Positions 35,101 to 44,939 are shown, numbered from the stretch's first letter. The stretch is 64,000 bases of DNA from an uncultured archaeon (GCA_964347415.1 CAYFYJ010000009.1:7940-71939), one strand, 5' to 3'. Notes: generated by a model from the letters alone, not told the origin. Translations and numbers: made by a program.

Positions 35101-35439
35101 AAATCTTGCTTCATCAATCATTTTTATTTGTTTATCTAACCATTCTAGGTACTTGTATTTATTGATAGACGAGAAGTCTCTTTTATTAACCTTAGAATCG
35201 TAAATTGCTGATCGGAAATACGCACCTTTCAATTCTTGAAGTATTTCTAATGGGTGTTTATTTGTTATTGTTCCATAAATTCTTGCAAATTTTCCATAGA
35301 ACTCAGGTGTTATTGGTGGTAATCCACATTCTAGATTATACTGAAGAAGCTTGAGGTCGATAGATTCTTCTATGGGGATTTCTACCCCTTCATCAACAAT
35401 TTCCAGATAAAGTTCGGATTCCTCTGGTAATTGCATCAT
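35092..35439 (-). CDS. Hypothetical protein (115 aa)
   Basis: Clean ORF with an acidic N-terminus and no recognisable motif. Overlaps the aRF1 3' end convergently by 9 nt. Confidence 0.45.
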   Translation of the reverse strand: MMQLPEESELYLEIVDEGVEIPIEESIDLKLLQYNLECGLPPITPEFYGKFARIYGTITNKHPLEILQELKGAYFRSAIYDSKVNKRDFSSINKYKYLEWLDKQIKMIDEARFLA

Positions 35440-35600
35440 ATTTCTCGACCATTAAACTGGCTTATTATTACTATGAAGTGGTATATAAAGCTTTCTGCCG
35501 TTTTCTCCTAAAAAATGAATCTTTTAGACGTTTTTGAAAAAAATATCGACATATTGACTCCAGCATAGAAATGTTTAAATACTACTAAACAGTAACGAAT

Positions 35601-36575
35601 TTGAGCAAAATGCAAGAAAAGAGTCTATATATAATACTTTTCAAAGAAACCCATCCTTCCTTTCTAGAGAGTATGGGGATGTTAGAAGGGGAAGAAGGAT
35701 TTTATTCGATAACAAAAAAAGAAATTGCTGATGAGATTAGAAGAAGAAAAATAAATCGTATGGACAGATATGTATCAACCGTTTTTAAAGAAGGTAACCC
35801 TCCATCTTATCTTTTGAAGTTATGCTCACCAGAAGCTGCAGAAAGAAAGATAGAAGAAGATTTAGTTGCTAGACAGGCAGAAAAACTTGGGATTAATGTA
35901 GTCTATCTTGATGATGGGTTTGAGAATGTTAATCCCTATGCAAAAATTGTCAAGAAATTAAGTGATCAAATATCTTTGTACAGAGAAATGATACAGCAAA
36001 TTCAAGAAAAACGGGGATACCTGAGAGGCAAATTAAAAGAATGTCAGAAGGAAATAAGGGAATTGCCTCAAAACTCTGAGGAACAAAAGAAATTATCAAA
36101 GAAGATTGGTCATATCGCTAATAAAATTATTGCAACTTACGCTTACAACGATCCCACAATAGATTCATGTTATTATCCTCTCGATGTTTTCTCACAAAAA
36201 TATCGTGTAGCTATACCAGGAGAAGAAATGTTAGTCGCAGAATCCGCAAGAAAGTTCAATTCTGCTATAGAAATTATAATGAGTGCTAGATACCAGAAAG
36301 GGAGAGAGGATTTTTGGATGGATAAGTTTGAAAAGAAAGTAGAAAATTTACCACTAGGGTCAAAAGTAAACGTTTTTGTGGGGGCAGGACATATAGATGG
36401 TTTAACTGTAAAGGGATTTGATTTCAATTGGTTTGATTTACAAAGGAATCGGGAATTGAATGAAGTTATGGGGCATTTTGGGAAAAAACTGGAAGAAAAA
36501 TTCGGAAAATTCGATGAGATCGATTTGACAAAAGAAACGATTAAAGAAGAATTATTGAAGAAAAGATTGAAATAG
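35601..36575 (+). CDS. Hypothetical protein, possibly a distant TraB/PrgY/GumN-like fold
   Basis: 324 aa. C-terminal SKVNVFVGAGHIDGL resembles the VVGAGHxxG motif of the TraB family, and the middle is coiled coil. The assignment is weak. Confidence 0.45.
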   Translation: MSKMQEKSLYIILFKETHPSFLESMGMLEGEEGFYSITKKEIADEIRRRKINRMDRYVSTVFKEGNPPSYLLKLCSPEAAERKIEEDLVARQAEKLGINVVYLDDGFENVNPYAKIVKKLSDQISLYREMIQQIQEKRGYLRGKLKECQKEIRELPQNSEEQKKLSKKIGHIANKIIATYAYNDPTIDSCYYPLDVFSQKYRVAIPGEEMLVAESARKFNSAIEIIMSARYQKGREDFWMDKFEKKVENLPLGSKVNVFVGAGHIDGLTVKGFDFNWFDLQRNRELNEVMGHFGKKLEEKFGKFDEIDLTKETIKEELLKKRLK

Positions 36576-36664
36576 TTTTTTTCTCTGCCGGATATCTTAC
36601 TTATTAAATTTTCTATTAAAGGATAAAGAAACTCTTAAATTCTTAATTCTCCTTTTATCTTTTA

Positions 36665-37459
36665 GTGAGTCTTTTGAAAGTAAGAGAAGTTCTTGCCCAT
36701 AAACCCGGATCTGAAATAAACCTTGTTCATAAACCTGAGAGATGGTTGTTTAATGGATTCCCAAAACTCATAACCATGACCAGAGAACATGAGGAAATTA
36801 CTAGGTTTCTTCATAGTGAAGGCGTGAAAGTACATTCTCTATTAACTTCGATGACGAGTAAACCTAAATTATATTTGATGAGGGATAATGCTGTGGTGGT
36901 AGATAGAAAAGCCATTACTTGTCATTTCATAACTGGTATAAGGAGGGGCGAAGAACAGATAGTCAAGAAAAAACTGAAAGAACTCGGGATTAAAATAACT
37001 GGCCATACATTCCCTCCAGGGTTCTTGCATGGTAGTGACCTTTTCTTCACCAAGAAAAATCATGCTTTTGCTATAATCGGAGAAAGAACTAATGTTGAAG
37101 GAATAAAACACTTGATGGATTTGATGGAAATAGACGTGACACCTATAAAGATGGATAATCTTTCAAGTCTACAGTTCAACATAATCAATGACATAGTAGT
37201 AATGAGTGAAGAAGTCATCCATAAACCAATCTACAAAGTCATGAAAGAGAATGAATTGGATATCATTTTAGCCAGTAAAAAAGATGCTGATAATATGGGG
37301 TTGAATTTTCTACAGATTGACGATAATAAGATAGTGAATGTTAGAGCTGACATCAACAAAAAACTGAAGATGGTTGGCTTTGACGTGATAGAAATAGATA
37401 TTAGAGAGTTGCTGAAAGGGAACACTGGCCTCAGGAATATGTTCTTACCTTTCTATTAA
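36665..37459 (+). CDS. Guanidino-group-modifying-enzyme superfamily protein (DDAH/arginine deiminase/amidinotransferase fold), apparently lacking the nucleophilic Cys
   Basis: 264 aa, DDAH-like size and blocks (LMRDNAVVVD, IIGERTNVEG, FDVIEIDIRELLKGNTGLRNMFLPFY). In my by-eye alignment to the DDAH C-terminus (..IDGGVSCMSLRF), Asn258 sits at the Cys position. Confidence 0.6.
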   Translation: MSLLKVREVLAHKPGSEINLVHKPERWLFNGFPKLITMTREHEEITRFLHSEGVKVHSLLTSMTSKPKLYLMRDNAVVVDRKAITCHFITGIRRGEEQIVKKKLKELGIKITGHTFPPGFLHGSDLFFTKKNHAFAIIGERTNVEGIKHLMDLMEIDVTPIKMDNLSSLQFNIINDIVVMSEEVIHKPIYKVMKENELDIILASKKDADNMGLNFLQIDDNKIVNVRADINKKLKMVGFDVIEIDIRELLKGNTGLRNMFLPFY

Positions 37460-38535
37460 CCTGCCATTGTTTCTCCACAAGCATTAGATCTTGCTGTTTT
37501 GCGGACTAAAGAAATTTCTGCACCCGGTGGTACCATGTATTTATCAGCTGTAACAGGTATGTAATGTCCATTAACTTTAATCTCCCAATAAGTACCATCA
37601 CGTTCACCTGAACCATTTACAGTCATGATATATTCTCCTCCAAATCTCCTGCTATACCTCGATGAAATCCTTAAACCAGAATCTAACATCGCTTGATAGG
37701 CTGTAGTCAGTCTCTTAGATGCGAATCTATATTCTTCGTGGAATAATTCACCATCTCTTTCAATGGGGTTTTTGTATACATTATGTATTACACCACCTAA
37801 CTGCCCAACATTTTGTTTTTGGGTCTGTAAAGTTGAAACTTGACCATATTCTTGAACTAAATTTTCAGGTCTTAGGTCTTCACGCCTTACTTTTTCAGGT
37901 CCTAACCGATAACTGCCTGTGTCTAACACAGTATTTGTTTCTAAATAATTATCGCCATTAGTTAATGGTCTGAATTTTTCTTCATACGCTATGTTAGATA
38001 ATTCCTGCAATAGATTGTCAGTATATTCAGGAAGGGGTAAAACTATAGTTATATCATTCATGTTATCGACTAAAATTTGTGGTTTTATCGGGAGTTTAAG
38101 GGCTTCTGGCATCATAGTCTTGGGTTGAGCCACTTCCAAAGGTTTGACTAAATTCATCGTGGGTTCTATCGGTATTATCGGTTGTAATTCATTCTGTGTT
38201 TCATAATCAGGCCGGTAATTGTAAACCAGAGTTAAACTAGTCATTTTCAATTCGTTTCTTAGAGCATAAGTCTGACCTCTTTTTGCCAAAGATTTAGATT
38301 TGGTTTTTTTCTTAAACTTCAGTATGAGTTTTTTTTCTTCTTCATCCAAGGCTATATCCAACGATTTGGTCTCTTCTTTGAGTTCCAACAAAAATGATGA
38401 TGTGAAGAGGTTCGACAATAAATCTCTCAGTTCTGTAGATTGCCCGAAACTTTCGTTTGTAGGATCTAAACCGAATAAATCTTCTGTTAAAACTGCATCT
38501 TGTGGTTTTGTTTTTAGTTGGAGTAGCTGTCGCAT
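37456..38535 (-). CDS. Hypothetical protein with DUF4430-like C-terminal domain
   Basis: 359 aa. The C-terminus GGEYIMTVNGSGERDGTYWEIKVNGHYIPVTADKYMVPPGAEISLV resembles the DUF4430 pattern (IxxING..g.yW.y.vNG..y.l..GD.i). No signal peptide seen. Confidence 0.5.
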   Translation of the reverse strand: MRQLLQLKTKPQDAVLTEDLFGLDPTNESFGQSTELRDLLSNLFTSSFLLELKEETKSLDIALDEEEKKLILKFKKKTKSKSLAKRGQTYALRNELKMTSLTLVYNYRPDYETQNELQPIIPIEPTMNLVKPLEVAQPKTMMPEALKLPIKPQILVDNMNDITIVLPLPEYTDNLLQELSNIAYEEKFRPLTNGDNYLETNTVLDTGSYRLGPEKVRREDLRPENLVQEYGQVSTLQTQKQNVGQLGGVIHNVYKNPIERDGELFHEEYRFASKRLTTAYQAMLDSGLRISSRYSRRFGGEYIMTVNGSGERDGTYWEIKVNGHYIPVTADKYMVPPGAEISLVRKTARSNACGETMAG

Positions 38536-38633
38536 AGGAATTACTAAAAAAATTATGTTTCTAAATATTTATATTTTGGCTGAAAAAGACCTCAGTTAAA
38601 CTAATAAGAGTTCATTCAGATATTATTTCTTAG

Positions 38634-38990
38634 ATGCCATACTACTTGACACGACAGGAAAGATGGAATCATGCATTCTCAGGTTTAGTGGGGGTTTTGG
38701 ATATAATTATAGGTCTACTCGTTTATTTGAGCAGAAATTATGATTTCGCCTCAAACCCTGCTATAATTTTATTATCTTTATTCTACTTTTGTCTGGGAAT
38801 TTGGACTTTGGGGATCAACATAAAGAAAAAGAATTATTTAGAGTGGAAAGGGATCATCGATATAGTCAGTGCTGTGTGTTTGTTCTTGGTGTTTTCTGGA
38901 AGTATTTATGAGTTTTTTGGGGCGATAGGAATAGTTATCGTGATTAAAGGTATTCTTAGTTTGTTCCTGATAACGACAAGTCAAGATTGA
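38634..38990 (+). CDS. Small integral membrane protein (about 4 TM)
   Basis: 118-aa hydrophobic ORF. Confidence 0.5.
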   Translation: MPYYLTRQERWNHAFSGLVGVLDIIIGLLVYLSRNYDFASNPAIILLSLFYFCLGIWTLGINIKKKNYLEWKGIIDIVSAVCLFLVFSGSIYEFFGAIGIVIVIKGILSLFLITTSQD

Positions 38991-39037
38991 CCCAAAGGGG
39001 AAAAGTTAAAAAAGTAAAGGGGTAAAGATTAAATAAT

Positions 39038-39655
39038 ATGTTCGAATCAAAAAGATGTAGAAAATGTGGTAAAGGTTTAAAAAAGGAATGGGAATTCTGC
39101 CCTTACTGTGGGGAAGGAGTTGAGTATAAACGGCCCTACGGGGATGTTTTTGAGGATATAGAAAAAGAATTCGAAAGAATAGCTAAGATGCCTACCCCCA
39201 TGTTTATTAGATTTCCAAAACTCGATATGGAATCACCGTTTAAAAGAGGCAACATCAGCATAGTTATTAAAACTGGAACCGGTATGAAACCTAAAATCGA
39301 TGTAAAAACTTCTGGACATTACAAAAAACTCGAACCCCAGATAAAAAGAAGGTTGGGTGTGGAAGGAGAAGTCGAGCAGGTAAAGGAAGAAAAACGAGAA
39401 ATTAGGATACCCAAAACAACCGAAGAACCAGAAACGAGAATTGAATCACGGGGTAATGAAGAAACGATCACGATTAAATTACCAGATGTTAAAAAATTGG
39501 ACGATATCGAAATCAGAAAATTGGGACAATCCATCGAGATAAAGGCCTTTGCTGGGGATAAAGCATACTTTAAGTTAATTCCGATTAGATCTAATGCTCA
39601 AATTTCTGATAGAAGTTTCAAGAATGGTGTTCTGAAGATTCAAATAGTGAAATAA
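39038..39655 (+). CDS. Zinc-ribbon plus Hsp20/alpha-crystallin-domain protein
   Basis: N-terminal CRKCG..CPYCG. C-terminal ACD-like ETITIKLPDVKKLDDIEIRKLGQSIEIKAF..FKNGVLKIQIVK. Confidence 0.7.
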   Translation: MFESKRCRKCGKGLKKEWEFCPYCGEGVEYKRPYGDVFEDIEKEFERIAKMPTPMFIRFPKLDMESPFKRGNISIVIKTGTGMKPKIDVKTSGHYKKLEPQIKRRLGVEGEVEQVKEEKREIRIPKTTEEPETRIESRGNEETITIKLPDVKKLDDIEIRKLGQSIEIKAFAGDKAYFKLIPIRSNAQISDRSFKNGVLKIQIVK

Positions 39656-39718
39656 CAATAAGTTACTTCTTCTGAGGTCAATTTAAATTTAACTGAAAAT
39701 AGTATATTCATTGATTTC

Positions 39719-40408
39719 ATGGTGAAATATAAACTACCTTATGTATGGGAATTGTATCCAAAAGATAAACCAGAAATGACCTCAGTATTGATAGGAACAA
39801 TCCATGTACTATTGAAATCTAGTAAAGTAATGAGAGATTTTGCTTACAATCTACATCTTGAACCTTATTTTCATAACAAAGAATATCTTCTTACAGAATC
39901 AGAAGTGGAAACTGATATAGGATGGTATAGACAACTCAATGCTTCACAAAAAAGAACCTTGCATTTTACTTTTCTTGATGGTAATACAATCGTTATAGAT
40001 GCTATTTTGGAAGATTTTGCGAAAAAAAATAATATACCCCATAAAGGAATAGAGTCATTTAATGAACGTAAAAAGGCTGCGTTTGCTGTGACTGCTAAAA
40101 CTGCTGAAGAGTATGCGGGATTAGAGGAAAGTGAAAGAACTTATAGAACTTTTTTGCCTTTTGTTATGTTTCAGAAACTTTTGTACACGTGGGAATTGTA
40201 TAAGTATGGTTATGTTTACATGTTAGGGAGGTTTAAATTCGATTATTCCGAATTTACCCCAGACCGTATAGATAAGAGAGATAAAAAAATGGCAGAAAAA
40301 CTTAGGGATGAATTCTATGAGAACCGATGTGTGGCGGGAGTTGGATTGTATCATTGTCCATGGATATGCAATCAACTAATGTCAGAGTTCGTAATCAGAA
40401 GGATTTGA
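39719..40408 (+). CDS. TraB/GumN-family protein
   Basis: VLIGTIHVLLKSS (GTxHV motif), KRDKKMAEKL, C-terminal CVAGVGLYHCPWI (GxxH). Confidence 0.5.
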   Translation: MVKYKLPYVWELYPKDKPEMTSVLIGTIHVLLKSSKVMRDFAYNLHLEPYFHNKEYLLTESEVETDIGWYRQLNASQKRTLHFTFLDGNTIVIDAILEDFAKKNNIPHKGIESFNERKKAAFAVTAKTAEEYAGLEESERTYRTFLPFVMFQKLLYTWELYKYGYVYMLGRFKFDYSEFTPDRIDKRDKKMAEKLRDEFYENRCVAGVGLYHCPWICNQLMSEFVIRRI

Positions 40409-40451
40409 GCATATATTTTAATTTAATTTGAATAAAAACTAATTATTCTAT

Positions 40452-41684
40452 ATGGAAATAAAAAAGAACCCTCCTGGATCGAAAGTAAAAAAAATCGTAA
40501 AACAAACCAAGAAATTCTGCATCGAAACCACCTTTGCCTATCCTCTCGTCATAAAAACTGGTAACGGTTGTTTACTAGAGGATGTTGACGGAACTATTTA
40601 TTTGGATTTTAATTCTAACGTTGCTAGTTGCAGTGTAGGTTATAATCATCCAGAGATAATGAAAGTCCTAGAAAAATTCTCCAAACTCGGTACTCATAAG
40701 ATTGCAGGACAGGATTTCTATACTGAAGAACAGGTAAAACTAGCCAGAAAACTCGTAAAAATTACGCCTAGGGATTTATCGAGAATTCTTCTCATTAACA
40801 GCGGGGCAGAAGCAGTTGAGAATGCGATAAAGTTTTGTTACAGAAAACATGGACCTTTAGCGGGTGTATCATGTATTAGAGGTTTCCATGGGAGAACTAT
40901 AGGTGCTTTATCTTTTACAGATAGTAAGGCTGTGCAAAAAAGAAATTATCCTGAAGTTAATAACGAGTTAATAAAATTCTGCACGAACGATAATGATCCA
41001 GATATCAACCAGTTAGAAGAATTGATACAGAGAGAGGCTGAGCCTGCTTTTGTTATCGTAGAATGCGTACAGGGTGAAGGTGGTTATAGGCCAGCAAGTA
41101 AAAAATTCATTCAAACATTGAGAAAAGTAACCAAGAAGCATCATGTACCATTGATCATCGACGATATACAAGCAGGGATGGGCAGAACAGGAAAATGGTG
41201 GTCTTTCGAACACTATAAAGTCAAACCAGATTTAATGACTGCTGGGAAATCGTTACAAGTTGGAGCTGTAGTTTCTTCCAGATATTATGATCCTCATGAA
41301 CCTGGTTCAGTCTCCTCAACCTGGGGTGGTGGGCACAGGATTGACATGGCTGTTGGGCTGAAGACTATCGAGATAATCGAGAAGGAGAGATTGTTGAAGA
41401 ATGCTCGAGTAACGGGAGGATATTTCCTGAAGAGATTCAAAGAGATGCAAGAAAAATATCCAGATAAAATCGTGGATGTTCGTGGCTTAGGTTTAATGTT
41501 AGGTATTGAGTTCAAAGACGAGAAACGCAGAAATTTTGTTGTCCAAGAAGCCTTCAAAAAAAGGTTGTTACTGTTGGGTTGCGGTTACAAGAGTGTTAGA
41601 ATTGCGCCACCGTTGATAATAACAAAAGATATTGCAGATCATGGATTGTACATTTTTGAAAATACAATGAAGGATCTCAGATGA
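40452..41684 (+). CDS. Class-III PLP aminotransferase (ornithine/acetylornithine/GABA aminotransferase type)
   Basis: 410 aa; NSGAEAVENAIK, GFHGRTIGALS, IIDDIQAGMGRTGKWW, TAGKSL (PLP Lys). Confidence 0.9.
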   Translation: MEIKKNPPGSKVKKIVKQTKKFCIETTFAYPLVIKTGNGCLLEDVDGTIYLDFNSNVASCSVGYNHPEIMKVLEKFSKLGTHKIAGQDFYTEEQVKLARKLVKITPRDLSRILLINSGAEAVENAIKFCYRKHGPLAGVSCIRGFHGRTIGALSFTDSKAVQKRNYPEVNNELIKFCTNDNDPDINQLEELIQREAEPAFVIVECVQGEGGYRPASKKFIQTLRKVTKKHHVPLIIDDIQAGMGRTGKWWSFEHYKVKPDLMTAGKSLQVGAVVSSRYYDPHEPGSVSSTWGGGHRIDMAVGLKTIEIIEKERLLKNARVTGGYFLKRFKEMQEKYPDKIVDVRGLGLMLGIEFKDEKRRNFVVQEAFKKRLLLLGCGYKSVRIAPPLIITKDIADHGLYIFENTMKDLR

Positions 41685-42103
41685 CGAAGAAGAAAAAATT
41701 CCGAAAGAAAAGGTTCACCAGATATTTAATCAAGAGTTTGATGAGAGAAAAAGTAAAGAATATTAAAATAAAGAATGATCGAATTTCTCTTGAATATGAT
41801 GGAGAGAAGATAAGAAATAAAATAGTTATAAAAAAACATGAATGGTTTGTAGGTAGTTGGGCTAAGACAAGGGGAAAAGTCTACATCGATAATGACCTCA
41901 AAGGCAAGAAAGATAGAGATGCTGTTGCTGTTCATGAAGCGATCGAAAAATTCGTGGCTCAGAAGTATGGTTTGGATGAGGAAATTGATGCTCACAGGAT
42001 TGCGACCAAGAAGGAAAGAGAGTATTTTGAAAAAATCGGTGGTAATTGGAGAAGACATCAGATGAAAGTAACAAAGGTTTGGATGCGTGAAGGCAAGAAA
42101 TGA
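41681..42103 (+). CDS. Hypothetical basic protein (140 aa)
   Basis: The start overlaps the aminotransferase stop (ATGA). Contains VAVHEAIEKFV..DAHRI (possible metal-ligand His/Glu), with no confident family. Confidence 0.45.
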   Translation: MTKKKKFRKKRFTRYLIKSLMREKVKNIKIKNDRISLEYDGEKIRNKIVIKKHEWFVGSWAKTRGKVYIDNDLKGKKDRDAVAVHEAIEKFVAQKYGLDEEIDAHRIATKKEREYFEKIGGNWRRHQMKVTKVWMREGKK

Positions 42104-42138
42104 TAACCTTTATCATATGAAAAATAAAACATTATTCA

Positions 42139-43044
42139 ATGTTGGAAGATTTTATAGACATACTGCTTAGACCGAAAGAATTTTTTGAAGATGCTGGTCC
42201 ACAAGACTATTTTCTCCTCTGCAGGTTTTGGGTAATAATGTCCTTTGTTCCGGCCGTAGAATTCGCTATAATCGCTTTCTTCTCTAAAATTCCGATAAAC
42301 ATTCCTTTTGCGACAACTGGTATTGTCTTGGCAATTATAATTTTCATCACTTCATTTCTGTCCTTAGCTAGTGGAGGATTGGTTCTCAGCTTCATTTATG
42401 CAGGGATAATTCATATGGTTTGTCGTTTGTTTGGATGTAGAGGATTCAAGAAAACGCTAACACCAGTAATAATCTCTAGCTTACCGAATCTTCTAGCGGG
42501 ATTTTGTCAACAGATGCTCTTCACTCTAGGAATTTCTTTCTTTTCCTCTCTCTTCGCTGATTATATGATTTTCATAATATTTTTACTGTCTGTTACAGCT
42601 GTCTTATGGTTCTGGTCTCTGATAATAAACATAATCGGGATAGCCACGTTACATAACATTTCTGCGGTTAAAGCGACAGTATCTGTTTTTATCATTCCTT
42701 TGATAATTGTTTTGAGCATCGGGGCTTTCTTGACTGACATGTCTCTGACGTATGTTAAAGAAATCTTAACTTCTAGAGCATCTGCAATTTCTATCAATGC
42801 GTATTGTATGAACGGGGATATAGTGATAAATCTATTTAATGGTAGAAATGATGCCATGAGTGGTGACTCAATAAAAGTTTTTATTGACGATGTTGATGAT
42901 AGTGTATACTTCAATTTCGGTACTATCGCACCTGAGACATCGAAAGAAGCCATAGATTTTAAACTCGATATGTATTCTGCAGGAAAGCATAAGGTAGAAG
43001 TTAAATATCGTAGTAGTATTGCTGGTGCGATTGTTGAGTGCTAA
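42139..43044 (+). CDS. Yip1-domain membrane protein with C-terminal extracytoplasmic beta-rich domain
   Basis: N-terminal FIDILLRPKEFFED, then 5 TM helices, then a ~90-aa soluble tail. Confidence 0.6.
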   Translation: MLEDFIDILLRPKEFFEDAGPQDYFLLCRFWVIMSFVPAVEFAIIAFFSKIPINIPFATTGIVLAIIIFITSFLSLASGGLVLSFIYAGIIHMVCRLFGCRGFKKTLTPVIISSLPNLLAGFCQQMLFTLGISFFSSLFADYMIFIIFLLSVTAVLWFWSLIINIIGIATLHNISAVKATVSVFIIPLIIVLSIGAFLTDMSLTYVKEILTSRASAISINAYCMNGDIVINLFNGRNDAMSGDSIKVFIDDVDDSVYFNFGTIAPETSKEAIDFKLDMYSAGKHKVEVKYRSSIAGAIVEC

Positions 43045-43973
43045 TATAAAACCCTAATTTTGGGGCCCAGCATTTTATCTAATAATGCTTTCTGAGTATG
43101 TAATCTATTCTCAGCCTGGTCAAACACAATGGATTTTGGTCCATCGATGACTTCAGGCGTTACTTCCTCTCCTCTATGAGCAGGTAAACAATGCATATAA
43201 ATAGCATCATTTGCAGCCAGTTTAAAAAGTTTGTTAGTAACTTGATACTTTGGTATGAACACTTTTAGTCTCTTTGATTTTTCTTTCTCGTCACCCATAC
43301 TGATGAAGGTGTCGTTGTAGATTATATTTGCATTTTTTACTGCTGTTTTGGGTTCTGTCGTGATAACAACTTTTGATTTTGTAATTTTGGAATAATCTTT
43401 TGCCATTCTGACTATTTGTTTATTCGGTTCATATCCTTTAGGCGAAGCAACAGAAATATCCATGCCAACTTTAGCACAGCCTAGGAGTAAAGAGTTACAG
43501 ACGTTATTACCATCCCCGACATAAGCCAATTTTAAGCCTTTAAAATCCCCAAACTTTTCTTTGATAGTGAAAAGGTCTGACAAGATTTGGCAAGGATGGG
43601 TTAAATCACTTAGAGCATTGACAACATTTTTATTCATAGATTTTGACATTATCTCCAACGTTTTGTGGGAAAAAACTCTTGCGACGACAGCATCAACATA
43701 TCTATCCAACACTTTCGCAGTATCTTCTATGGTTTCTCCTCTGGCCAATTGACTCGTTGATTTATCCATGTAGATACTCCCCCCGCCCATCTGTTGAATC
43801 CCAGTCTCAAAAGAAAGCCTAGTTCTGGTCGATGATTTTTCGAACAATAAACAAAATACTTTACCCTTTAAAAGATTGTTAATAGGATTTTTCTTTAATT
43901 TTTCAGACAATTCAAGGATTTCAAGGATTTCCCCTCTTTTAAGATCATCAAGAGTCAATAGATCTTTCTTCAT
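43041..43973 (-). CDS. argF: Ornithine carbamoyltransferase
   Basis: SSTRTRLSFE, HPCQILSD, DGNNVCNS, HCLPAHRGEEV. Confidence 0.95.
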   Translation of the reverse strand: MKKDLLTLDDLKRGEILEILELSEKLKKNPINNLLKGKVFCLLFEKSSTRTRLSFETGIQQMGGGSIYMDKSTSQLARGETIEDTAKVLDRYVDAVVARVFSHKTLEIMSKSMNKNVVNALSDLTHPCQILSDLFTIKEKFGDFKGLKLAYVGDGNNVCNSLLLGCAKVGMDISVASPKGYEPNKQIVRMAKDYSKITKSKVVITTEPKTAVKNANIIYNDTFISMGDEKEKSKRLKVFIPKYQVTNKLFKLAANDAIYMHCLPAHRGEEVTPEVIDGPKSIVFDQAENRLHTQKALLDKMLGPKIRVLY

Positions 43974-44045
43974 TTTACCCCCTCCATTTTTTAATTCTTT
44001 GAATAATTTTTTTTAATAAGAATTCGTTTGTCCAAAATATGTTTT

Positions 44046-44939
44046 TCAATAACGAGTTATTATAGTACCTGCTTTATTCTTCAACGCCTTCTCTAACGAT
44101 AGTAATTCTGTGATGATGACTCTCTTTCCACCTTTTTTTAAGAATTCTATACTAGCTTCAATCTTGGGTTTCATCGATCCCTCTTTGAAATGCCCCTGTT
44201 TAAGGTATTTCATCGCTTCCTCGACTATAATTTTTTTAAGAGGTTTTTGATTCTTTTTTCCATAATTCAAGTAAACAGAATTAACATTAGTCAAAAGAAT
44301 GAGAGTTTCGGCTTTAAGCTCGGTAGCAAGTTTTTGAGACGCATAATCTTTATCTATTACCGCTTCGATTCCAATTAACTTTCTTTTTTTCAGAACTACT
44401 GGTATTCCTCCTCCACCACAAGCTATCACGATTATACCTTTTTTAACCAAATTCTTAATCCCTCCCAATTCTATTATTTTCCTTGGTTTGGGTGATGGAA
44501 CAACTTTCCTCCAACCCTCTTCTTGTTTAGTCATGTTCTTAAAGATTTTCCTAGGATAATAAGGACCAATAGGTTTTGTAGGTTTTTTGAAAGCTGGGTC
44601 TTTTCTATTCACTAATACTTGAGTCATTACTGTGGTAACCGGTTTTTTCAATTCATTCCTTAAGTTTATCTGCAGAAAATAGCCAATCTGACCTTGAGTC
44701 ATGGCATCACAAACATCCAAGGGCATTGAAGGAATTTTTTGTTTAGATCTTTCTTGTTGTAAGAGTAAATTACCAACTTGAGGACCATTTCCGTGTGTTA
44801 TTACAATTCGATATTTTTTAAGAAGAACTCTTAATTGTTTTACAGTCTTGTTTATATTTTTCAGTTGTTGTTGAAAAGTTCCTTTTTCGTTTGACTTGAG
44901 AATGGCATTCCCCCCAAGAGCAATAACCGCAATCCTCAT
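44046..44939 (-). CDS. arcC: Carbamate kinase
   Basis: MRIAVIALGGNAI, ITHGNGPQVG, ACGGGGIPV; amino-acid-kinase fold, 297 aa. Confidence 0.9.
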   Translation of the reverse strand: MRIAVIALGGNAILKSNEKGTFQQQLKNINKTVKQLRVLLKKYRIVITHGNGPQVGNLLLQQERSKQKIPSMPLDVCDAMTQGQIGYFLQINLRNELKKPVTTVMTQVLVNRKDPAFKKPTKPIGPYYPRKIFKNMTKQEEGWRKVVPSPKPRKIIELGGIKNLVKKGIIVIACGGGGIPVVLKKRKLIGIEAVIDKDYASQKLATELKAETLILLTNVNSVYLNYGKKNQKPLKKIIVEEAMKYLKQGHFKEGSMKPKIEASIEFLKKGGKRVIITELLSLEKALKNKAGTIITRY

